32,000 nucleotides of DNA from Candidatus Saccharimonadota bacterium (GTDB lineage: Bacteria; Bacteroidota; Bacteroidia; Flavobacteriales; Blattabacteriaceae). The stretch lies in NCBI RefSeq assembly GCF_014251775.1, contig NZ_CP059199.1, positions 510,001 to 542,000 on the forward strand, given 5' to 3'. Under the pieces are notes generated by a model. That model ran no database searches and was not told the DNA's origin. It worked only from the letters and a program-made list of their open reading frames with translations. Position numbers and translations under genes: made by a program. The first letter of the stretch is position 1. Each line of letters starts with the position of its first letter. Below are positions 19,686-27,463 of the stretch, piece after piece.

Positions 19686-22600
19686 TTACTTTTTATCTTT
19701 TTCAGAATATGAAATATCATCTATCAATAAATTAGATTTAAATAAAAAAGAAATTATATTTCTATTTATGTTATAAATCCTTTCTTCAAATAAATCAAAA
19801 GCATTTTGTTTGTATACAATTAGAGGATCTTTTTGTTCAAAAACTGCATTTTGAACTGAGAATCGTAAATTCTCCATTTCTTTCAAATGATCTTTCCAAT
19901 TATTATCTAAAAAAAATAATATAACTTTTTTTTCAAAAACGGAAAATATTGATTTACTTTTATCCTTATAAATTTCTTTTACATTATAAATACAACTTAT
20001 ATCTTTATTTCCATCGGAAAAAGTTATTCTTAACTGAGATAATTGTAATTTCTTATTAAGATCATAATTTATAATTGGATCTATATATTTATAAAATAAA
20101 TCTTTTTTTTTTTTATTATAATATTTTATTAAAAAATCATGATATTTTTTAATATAATTAATTTCATTAGATAAACGAAATACTTTTTTATGAATGGAAA
20201 ATTCGAATCCAAAAATTTGGTATAATTCAAATTCTAAATTTTTAGAATCTTTTAAAGAATACTTATTTTTTAAATTATTAAAGGAAATTATCAATTTTAA
20301 TAATGAATATATCATATTAGATATATCTAATGTTAACATTCTTCCATATAATGCATTTCTTCTTTTTTTATAAATAAACTCTCTTTGTTTATTAATAACA
20401 TCATCATAATCTAATAAACGTTTTCTAATAAAAAAATTATTATCTTCAATTTTTTTCTGAGCATTCTCAATGGATTTTGTTAATAAAGGATGTTGTATTA
20501 CATCACCTACCTTATGTCCAAATTTATCCATTAAATTAGATAATTTTTCCGAATCAAAAAATAAACGTATTAAACTATCTTCTAAAGAAATATAAAATTG
20601 ACTAGTTCCGGGATCACCTTGTCTTCCTGATCGTCCTCTTAATTGATTATCTACTCTTCTTGAATCATGCCTTTCTGTTCCTAATACTGCTAATCCACCA
20701 TTATTTATTACCTCTTTTGATAATTTTATATCTGTACCTCTACCCGCCATATTAGTAGCAATTGTTACAGCTCCTGATAATCCAGCTTTTCCTATAATTT
20801 CAGCCTCTTTTTCATGCAATTTGGCATTTAATACATTATGAGAAATTTTTCTAAATTTTAGAGTTCTGCTTAATAATTCTGAAATTTCAACTGAAGTAGT
20901 ACCTACAAGAACTGGACGATTTTCATTCTTAGATAAAGAAATAATTTTTTCAATAATAAAATTATATTTTTCTCTCTTTGTTTTTAAAACAACATCTTGT
21001 AAATCTATTCTTTTTAAAGGTTTATGAGTTGGAACTACTACTACGTCTAATTTATATAAATACCAAAATTCTCCAGACTCTGTTTCTGCAGTTCCAGTCA
21101 TTCCTGATATTTTTTTATACATCCTAAAATAATTTTGCAAAGTTATAGTAGCAAAAATTTGACTAGAACTTTCTATAGGTACATTTTCTTTAGCTTCTAT
21201 AGCTTGATGTAATCCATCAGAATATCGTCTACCCTCTAACATTCTACCGGTTTGTTCATCTACGATTTTTATACAATTATTTAAAACAACATAATCTATA
21301 TCTTTTTCAAATAAAGTATATGCTTTTAAAAGTTGATTAATAGTATGAATTTTTTGCGATTTAAAAGAAAAATTATTTAATAATTTTTCTTTTTCTTTGA
21401 TTTCATATTCTTTCGGTAATCTTCTTTTTTCTATTTCTAATAATTCTAAATTTAGATCAGGAAAAATAAAAAATTTTTCATCTTCCATTTCTATAGATAG
21501 AAATTCAATTCCTTTATCTGTTAATTCTACAGTATTATTTTTTTCATCAATTACGAAATATAAATCTTTATCTACTTGAGATATATCTCTTCCATAATCT
21601 TGGATATACTGAATTTCAATATTTTGTAAAATAGATCGTATATTTTTTTGACTCAAAAACTTAATTAATGATTTCTTTTTAGGTAAACCACGATAAGCTT
21701 GAAATAATTTTAATCCTCCTATTTCATTTTCTCCTTTTTCTATTAAATTTTTAGATTGTTGTAAAAAATAGTTTACTATTAAATTCTGTTTTTCTACCAT
21801 TATCTTTACTTTTTTTTGAAAAAAAGTAAATTCTTTTTTATTATCTTTTAATGATTTAACACGACCTGATATTATTAATGGAGTTCTTGCTTCATCTATT
21901 AATACAGAATCTATTTCATCTATGATAGCGTAATTCAATTCTCTTTGAACTAATTCATTTTTATCATTAGCCATATTATCTCTGAGATAATCAAATCCAA
22001 ATTCATTATTAGTACCATAAGTAATATCTGCCAAATAAGCTCTTTTACGCCTTTTTATATCAGTAGATAAATAATTATCAATACAATCTACTTTTAATCC
22101 ATGAAACTCCATTAATGGGGCCATCCATTGAGCATCTCTTTTAGATAAATAGTTATTTACAGTTACAATATGGACACCTTTTCCTGATAAAGCATTTAAA
22201 TAAGCAGATAAAGTAGCAACTAATGTTTTTCCTTCGCCAGTAGCCATTTCCGCTATTTTTCCTTGGTGTAAAATTACTCCTCCAATTAATTGGACATCAT
22301 AATGCACCATATTCCAAACTATATTTTTACCATGAATTATCCATTTATTTTTCCAAACTGCTTTATCTCCATCTAAATAAACATATGATCTTCTTTTTGA
22401 AAGATCATTATCAAACGAAACGGCTTTAACTATAAGTTGTTTATTTTCTTTAAATCTTCTAGCAGTTTCTTTAATAATTGCAAAAGATTTTGGTAAAATA
22501 TCTAGTAAAATTTTTTGTTCTGTTTGATATATCTCTTTTGAGAATTTTTCATTATAATAATAAATTTCCTTAAAAAAAGGAACAGAATAAAAATCTTTTT

Positions 22601-22823
22601 TTTTCTTATAAAAGAAATCCTTTCTTTTTTTAGAAAACTCTTCAATAGATTTTTTTACAAAATCTTTTAATAAAAATGTTTCATTTCTTAAATTATCATC
22701 AGATAATAAACGAATAGATTTAGATATTTTTTTTATTTTATCTAAAAAAGATCTGATTTTAATCAGATCTTTTTCATTTTTATTTAAAAAAAATTTATTT
22801 AATAATTTTTTAAAAAAATTCAT
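19686..22823 (-). CDS. secA: Preprotein translocase ATPase SecA
   Basis: MATGEGKTLVATL (Walker A), DEIDSVLIDEARTPLIISG, TNMAGRGTDI and RGRSGRQGDPG. 1045 aa with a long N-terminal insertion, as in Bacteroidota SecA. Confidence 0.97.
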   Translation of the reverse strand: MNFFKKLLNKFFLNKNEKDLIKIRSFLDKIKKISKSIRLLSDDNLRNETFLLKDFVKKSIEEFSKKRKDFFYKKKKDFYSVPFFKEIYYYNEKFSKEIYQTEQKILLDILPKSFAIIKETARRFKENKQLIVKAVSFDNDLSKRRSYVYLDGDKAVWKNKWIIHGKNIVWNMVHYDVQLIGGVILHQGKIAEMATGEGKTLVATLSAYLNALSGKGVHIVTVNNYLSKRDAQWMAPLMEFHGLKVDCIDNYLSTDIKRRKRAYLADITYGTNNEFGFDYLRDNMANDKNELVQRELNYAIIDEIDSVLIDEARTPLIISGRVKSLKDNKKEFTFFQKKVKIMVEKQNLIVNYFLQQSKNLIEKGENEIGGLKLFQAYRGLPKKKSLIKFLSQKNIRSILQNIEIQYIQDYGRDISQVDKDLYFVIDEKNNTVELTDKGIEFLSIEMEDEKFFIFPDLNLELLEIEKRRLPKEYEIKEKEKLLNNFSFKSQKIHTINQLLKAYTLFEKDIDYVVLNNCIKIVDEQTGRMLEGRRYSDGLHQAIEAKENVPIESSSQIFATITLQNYFRMYKKISGMTGTAETESGEFWYLYKLDVVVVPTHKPLKRIDLQDVVLKTKREKYNFIIEKIISLSKNENRPVLVGTTSVEISELLSRTLKFRKISHNVLNAKLHEKEAEIIGKAGLSGAVTIATNMAGRGTDIKLSKEVINNGGLAVLGTERHDSRRVDNQLRGRSGRQGDPGTSQFYISLEDSLIRLFFDSEKLSNLMDKFGHKVGDVIQHPLLTKSIENAQKKIEDNNFFIRKRLLDYDDVINKQREFIYKKRRNALYGRMLTLDISNMIYSLLKLIISFNNLKNKYSLKDSKNLEFELYQIFGFEFSIHKKVFRLSNEINYIKKYHDFLIKYYNKKKKDLFYKYIDPIINYDLNKKLQLSQLRITFSDGNKDISCIYNVKEIYKDKSKSIFSVFEKKVILFFLDNNWKDHLKEMENLRFSVQNAVFEQKDPLIVYKQNAFDLFEERIYNINRNIISFLFKSNLLIDDISYSEKDKK

Positions 22824-22878
22824 TAAATTTCTACAAGCTAAGTATAAAAATAATTCATATTCATTTTCATTTAATTAA

Positions 22879-23112
22879 TTAAATTTCATATTCATCTCTA
22901 TTCCAATAAAAGTCTTCATCATCCCTTGGATAATCTGCCCATATGTCTTCTATTGATTCAAAAACCTCCCCATCACCATTTTCTAATTGTTGTAGATTTT
23001 CTACTACTTCTAAAGGGGCACCAGTACGAATAGCAAAATCAATTAGTTCTTCTTTTGTAGCTGGCCATGGGGCATCCTCTAAATGAGAGGCTAATTCTAA
23101 AGTCCAATACAT
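22879..23112 (-). CDS. DUF2795-family protein (77 aa, hyper-acidic), function unknown
   Basis: The LEDAPWPATKEELIDFAIRTGAPLEVVENLQQL core matches my recollection of the DUF2795 signature (FPa.K.eLi..A...gAp..v...l). Composition is completely unlike spurious AT-rich ORFs: 1 Lys, 4 Trp, many Asp/Glu. Confidence 0.85.
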   Translation of the reverse strand: MYWTLELASHLEDAPWPATKEELIDFAIRTGAPLEVVENLQQLENGDGEVFESIEDIWADYPRDDEDFYWNRDEYEI

Positions 23113-23218
23113 AAATAATTACAATGTTTTAAAAATAATGAAAGTAACATCTCATTTTATATACGAACCTTTTCATAAAATTACAATATAAAAATAGTGA
23201 ATTTAAATTACAAATAAT

Positions 23219-24181
23219 ATGAAAAAATTTCTAAAAATTGTTTTTATAGGATCAAATAGTTTTTCTTTATTCCCATTAATAGAATTATATATTAAAAGAT
23301 ACAATATTATAGGAATAATAACTAATCCAGATAATAATTTTAATAAAAATAAATCTTATTCTATTATAAAACAATATGCACTAAAAAAAAATATTCCTTT
23401 TCTACAACCTAAAAATTTTTTAGATCCTTTTTTTTTAGAAAAATTAAAAAAATGGAATTCAGATATACAAATAGTTGTTTCTTTTAAAATTTTGCCAAAA
23501 GAAATATGGAATCTTCCAAAATTAGGAACTATAAATTTACATCCATCTTTATTACCCCAATATAGAGGTGCAGCACCTATTAATTGGGCCATTATAAATG
23601 GAGAAAAAAAAACAGGATTAACTGTTTTTTTTATAGAAAAAAAAATAGATTCCGGAAAAATAATTATCCAAAAAGAAGTAGAAATAAAAAAATTTGAAAC
23701 AGCAGGACAATTAGAAAAAAGATTAAGAAAACTTAGTGGAACTATCATTATAGATAGTATAAATAAAATTCTAAATAGAAACAATTCAAAATATATTATT
23801 CAAAATAGTATAAAAAATGATATAATAAAATATGCACCTAAAATATTTTCAAAAGATTGTAAAATATTATGGAATCAATCTATAGATGATATTTATAATA
23901 AAATAAGAGGATTAAGTCCAAGACCTACTGCATGGACATTATTACATTTCGATATAAAAAAAATTGTAAGATTAAAAATTTTTTTAGTTAAAAAAAAAAT
24001 AAAAAATCATTCTTATCCAATAGGATTGGTATTAATTAATTTAAAAAAAAAAGAAATGTATATTTCAGTTAAAAAAGGATTTATAAATATTATAAAATGT
24101 CAAATAGAGGGTAAAAAAAAAATGAATGTAAAAAATTTTATTAATGGTATAAAAAAAATAAAAAATCTATTTGTTAGATAA
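23219..24181 (+). CDS. fmt: Methionyl-tRNA formyltransferase
   Basis: HPSLLPQYRGAAPINWAIINGEKKTGLTVF formyltransferase core. N-terminus KIVFIGSNSF. 320 aa. Confidence 0.93.
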   Translation: MKKFLKIVFIGSNSFSLFPLIELYIKRYNIIGIITNPDNNFNKNKSYSIIKQYALKKNIPFLQPKNFLDPFFLEKLKKWNSDIQIVVSFKILPKEIWNLPKLGTINLHPSLLPQYRGAAPINWAIINGEKKTGLTVFFIEKKIDSGKIIIQKEVEIKKFETAGQLEKRLRKLSGTIIIDSINKILNRNNSKYIIQNSIKNDIIKYAPKIFSKDCKILWNQSIDDIYNKIRGLSPRPTAWTLLHFDIKKIVRLKIFLVKKKIKNHSYPIGLVLINLKKKEMYISVKKGFINIIKCQIEGKKKMNVKNFINGIKKIKNLFVR

Positions 24182-24186
24182 TTAAT

Positions 24187-24194
24187 TATATTTG
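24187..24194 (+). promoter_or_regulatory. Candidate Bacteroidota-type -7 promoter element (TAnnTTTG) for the HU gene
   Basis: TATATTTG is an exact match to the TAnnTTTG consensus described for Bacteroides/Flavobacterium promoters. It lies 36 nt upstream of the hup ATG. A TTTG at 24170-24173 is closer (13 nt) than the usual -33 spacing. Chance occurrence in AT-rich DNA is not negligible. Confidence 0.3.
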
Positions 24195-24229
24195 TCTATT
24201 GTCTTGTTAATTAATTAAAAATAATATGT

Positions 24230-24496
24230 ATGAATAAAACCGAATTAATTAATTCAATAGCTGAAAAAACTGGAATAACAAAAATAAAAGCAAAAAATTT
24301 TACAGATGCATTTATTCAAACAGTCATTGAATCTCTAAAAAAAGGTGATAAAGTATCATTAGTAGGATTTGGAACATTTTCCGTGGTAGAAAGAAATCCT
24401 AGAAATGGAATTAATCCTAAAACAGGAAAAAAAATATATATTCCAAGAAAAAAAGTAGCTAAATTTAAAATAGGAACAGAGTTAACAAAATTATAA
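24230..24496 (+). CDS. hup: DNA-binding protein HU
   Basis: MNKTELINSIAEKTG...GFGTFSVVERNPRNGINPKTG...KFKIG. 88 aa, canonical HU/IHF fold sequence. Confidence 0.93.
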   Translation: MNKTELINSIAEKTGITKIKAKNFTDAFIQTVIESLKKGDKVSLVGFGTFSVVERNPRNGINPKTGKKIYIPRKKVAKFKIGTELTKL

Positions 24497-24517
24497 AAAT
24501 TATCACTATAAATAAAT

Positions 24518-25174
24518 TTAAGGAGATAACTGTTTTACTATCCAAATTTTATCTTCTTTTAACTGATAAACCAATCGGTTATGCAATCGATTGGGTTGTC
24601 CTTGCCAAAATTCAATCTTATATGGACTAACTATATATCCCCCCCAATAAAATGGCCTTGTTATTTTTTTATTTTTAAAAAAAAAACTCCATTTTTTATA
24701 TTTTTTTTCTAAAAAATCTTTATTAAGAATAAAAGTACTCTGTCTAGAAGACCAACTACTAAGTTGGTTTTCTATTGGTCTTTTATCAAAATATTCGTTA
24801 GATTTTTTTATTTTTAATTTAGATGTTACTCCTTTAATAATTATTTGTCTATCTGTTCTATTCCAAAAGAATGATAGACATACTTTTGGAAAATTTTTAA
24901 TTGAAATTCCTTTAGAACTTAAATAATTTGTATAGAAAATAAAGCCATTTTTAGAATATTCTTTCAACAAAACTATTCTAGTTTCTGGTCCTCCATCTTT
25001 TCCTATAGTAGAAAGAGACATTGCATTAACTTCTTGATTTATATTATTTTTTTTTTGAATTAAAATCTCATTTTGAAACCAATCATCAAATAAATAAAAT
25101 GGATTATCAGGAATTTTATTAAATACATTTCTTTTTTTGTAATTTTTCCTTAACCTACTTAAATCAGTAATCAT
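24518..25174 (-). CDS. pdxH: Pyridoxamine 5'-phosphate oxidase
   Basis: RIVLLKEY..NGFIFYTNYLSSKG, WGGYIVSP and EFWQGQPNRLHNRLVY, ending ...LSP. 218 aa. Confidence 0.92.
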   Translation of the reverse strand: MITDLSRLRKNYKKRNVFNKIPDNPFYLFDDWFQNEILIQKKNNINQEVNAMSLSTIGKDGGPETRIVLLKEYSKNGFIFYTNYLSSKGISIKNFPKVCLSFFWNRTDRQIIIKGVTSKLKIKKSNEYFDKRPIENQLSSWSSRQSTFILNKDFLEKKYKKWSFFFKNKKITRPFYWGGYIVSPYKIEFWQGQPNRLHNRLVYQLKEDKIWIVKQLSP

Positions 25175-25252
25175 ACATAAATAAAAAAATTATACTAAAT
25201 TTAAATAATAGTTTTAAAAATTAAAAAATACATATCCATTTAATTTAATTAT

Positions 25253-25327
25253 GGCGTGATAGCTCAGATAGGTTAGAGCGTTGGATTCATAACCCAGAGG
25301 TCGGGGGTTCAACTCCCCCTCACGCTA
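25253..25327 (+). tRNA. tRNA with CAU anticodon, elongator-type (Met; lysidine-modified Ile2 cannot be excluded); no encoded CCA
   Basis: Manual cloverleaf: acceptor GGCGTGA/TCACGCT (G1-U72 wobble), D arm GCTC-AGATAGGTTA-GAGC, anticodon arm TTGGA-TTCATAA-CCCAG, variable loop AGGTC, T arm GGGGG-TTCAACT-CCCCC, discriminator A. Followed by T9 rather than CCA. Confidence 0.85.
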
Positions 25328-25372
25328 TTTTTTTTTAATTATAATAATAGTTAAAGTAGTAAAATAAATAAT

Positions 25373-27463
25373 ATGAAAATATCATTTAATTGGATTAAAG
25401 AATATATATCTTTTACTAATATTAATATTGACGAAAATCAAATATCTGAAATATTAACAGATATTGGAATGAACGTAAAAAATACCTATGTAAATTCTAA
25501 TACAAAAGATTTTATTTTCGAAATAGAAATAATTCCTAATAGAAATGATATTATAAGTCATTATGGAATAGCAAAAGATTTATATGCAGCATTAATATTT
25601 AGAGGATATAATGTTTTTTTAAAAAAATTAAACATAAATAAACCTAAAAAATATTCTGAAAATAAAATATCTATTATTTTAAAAGATGATCACAAAAGAT
25701 GTATAAGATATTCTGGAATGTCTATTTTTCAAATAAAAATAGATACTTCCCCTAGTTGGTTAATATCTAAATTAAATTCTTTAGGAATAAAAAGTGTTAA
25801 TAATATAGTAGATATTATAAATTTTGTGATTTATGAATTAGGAATTCCTTTTCATCTATTTAATTTAGATAAAATAGATGGGAAAAAAATTTTTATAAAA
25901 AATTTAGATCGAAAAAATAAATTTTTATCTATTCCTAATAATATTAATAAATTATATAACAACGATTTAATAATATATGATAATAAAAATATATTATCTT
26001 TATCAGGAATAATAAATAATAATAAATACGAAATTATCAATCAAGATATTAAAAATATTTTTATCGGATGTATTTCTTTAAATTCAACGTATGTAAAAAT
26101 TTTTAAAAAAAAATATTCAATCTCTTCTTCTGATCATCCACTTTTTCTTTTAGAAAAAGGAATAGATCCTAATAAAATAATATTTGCATTACATAGGTTA
26201 TATTACCTTATAAAAAATTTTTTGAATAAAAATATTACTGTATCTAAAATAATAGATATTTATCCTTATCCAATTAATCAACTGACTTTAAAGTTAAATT
26301 ATAATAATATTACAAATATTATCGGAGAAAAAATTCAAGAAAAAAATATAAAAAAAATATTATTATTATTAGATATACATATAATTAAAGAATATAAAAA
26401 TTACATATTAGTTTCTATTCCAACTAGTAGAACAGATATTAAAAGAGAAATTGATTTAATAGAAGAAATATTACGAATTTATGGAATAAATAATATTAAA
26501 ATAAATGATAAAATTAATATTGTTTTAGCTCCTAAAATTTACTATCAAGAAGAATATAAAATTCAACAGTTGATATCAGAACAATTAATTAATTATGGAT
26601 TTCAAGAAATTATATCTTCAACAATAAGAAATTATAATAAAAAAGAATTATTGATAAATTCTTTTTTCAAAAGAGAAAAAATTTCTATTATTAATTCCGA
26701 CAATAATAAAATAATGCGTAATAATTTATTGTTCGGAATTATAGACTGTATCAATTATAATTATAATCATAATAGAATAAATATAAAAGATAATATAAAA
26801 ATATTCGAAATAGGAAAAATATATTATAAAAAAAATGGATTTTTTTTAGAAAAAACATATTTAGGAATATCTATATCAAAAATCAATATAAAAAATAATC
26901 AATCAAATATTTTATACTTTTTATATTTTAAAGGAATTATTGAGCAAATACTTCAAAAAATGGGAATTAATAATTATATACAATATATTTGTGATAATCC
27001 TTTATTAGAAAATAATATATCTTTTCTTTATAAAAAAAAAGAATTAGTGTCTCTTGGAAAAGTCAAAAAAAATTATAGTAAAAATCATAAAATATTTTAT
27101 GCTCAATTAAATTGGAATTATTTAATTCATATTATTCAAAAAAATAAATTTATATATCATCCATTATCTAAATATCCTATTTCAAGAAGGGATTTATCCT
27201 TTTTAATAAATAAAAATATTACATTTGAAGAATTAAATCAATCAATAAATAATCAAAAAAATAATTTAATTAAAGAATATAGAATATATGATATATATGA
27301 GGATAAAATTTTTTTAGAAAAAAAATCTTATACTGTTAGTTTTTTTTTTGAGAGTAGTAATAAAACATTAAAAAATGAAATTATCAATCATTCAATGAAT
27401 TTAATTGAAAATTTTTTGGAAAAAAAATTTAATGCTATAATAAGAAAAAATGTTAATTATTAG
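25373..27463 (+). CDS. pheT: Phenylalanyl-tRNA synthetase beta subunit, shortened (696 aa)
   Basis: N-terminus MKISFNWIKEYI. PNRNDIISHYGIAKDL motif. B3/4 editing domain (SPSWL...VNNIVDIINFVIYELGIPFHLFNLDKI). C-terminal FDX-ACB domain (ISRRDLSF...YDIYED...KSYTVSFFF). Confidence 0.93.
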   Translation: MKISFNWIKEYISFTNINIDENQISEILTDIGMNVKNTYVNSNTKDFIFEIEIIPNRNDIISHYGIAKDLYAALIFRGYNVFLKKLNINKPKKYSENKISIILKDDHKRCIRYSGMSIFQIKIDTSPSWLISKLNSLGIKSVNNIVDIINFVIYELGIPFHLFNLDKIDGKKIFIKNLDRKNKFLSIPNNINKLYNNDLIIYDNKNILSLSGIINNNKYEIINQDIKNIFIGCISLNSTYVKIFKKKYSISSSDHPLFLLEKGIDPNKIIFALHRLYYLIKNFLNKNITVSKIIDIYPYPINQLTLKLNYNNITNIIGEKIQEKNIKKILLLLDIHIIKEYKNYILVSIPTSRTDIKREIDLIEEILRIYGINNIKINDKINIVLAPKIYYQEEYKIQQLISEQLINYGFQEIISSTIRNYNKKELLINSFFKREKISIINSDNNKIMRNNLLFGIIDCINYNYNHNRINIKDNIKIFEIGKIYYKKNGFFLEKTYLGISISKINIKNNQSNILYFLYFKGIIEQILQKMGINNYIQYICDNPLLENNISFLYKKKELVSLGKVKKNYSKNHKIFYAQLNWNYLIHIIQKNKFIYHPLSKYPISRRDLSFLINKNITFEELNQSINNQKNNLIKEYRIYDIYEDKIFLEKKSYTVSFFFESSNKTLKNEIINHSMNLIENFLEKKFNAIIRKNVNY

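Noticed and set aside
19686-19760. SecA ends (...LIDDISYSEKDKK) without the Cys-rich zinc-binding tail that binds SecB in Proteobacteria.
   Set aside because: I cannot establish from the sequence alone that Flavobacteriia relatives ever had this tail, and Bacteroidota generally lack SecB. This is probably an ancestral state, not a symbiont-specific loss.
22879-23112. The higher G+C of the DUF2795 gene as a sign of recent horizontal acquisition.
   Set aside because: The elevated G+C is confined exactly to the 234-bp ORF, with no flanking foreign DNA, repeats or integrase. The protein family is typical of Bacteroidota. Strong purifying selection explains the pattern better than transfer.
25328-25336. 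The T9 run right after the tRNA as an intrinsic terminator, using the T arm as the hairpin.
   Set aside because: The GGGGG/CCCCC T-arm helix is separated from the T-run by the 3' acceptor strand and discriminator. T-runs of this length are ubiquitous in the window, so there is no specific support.
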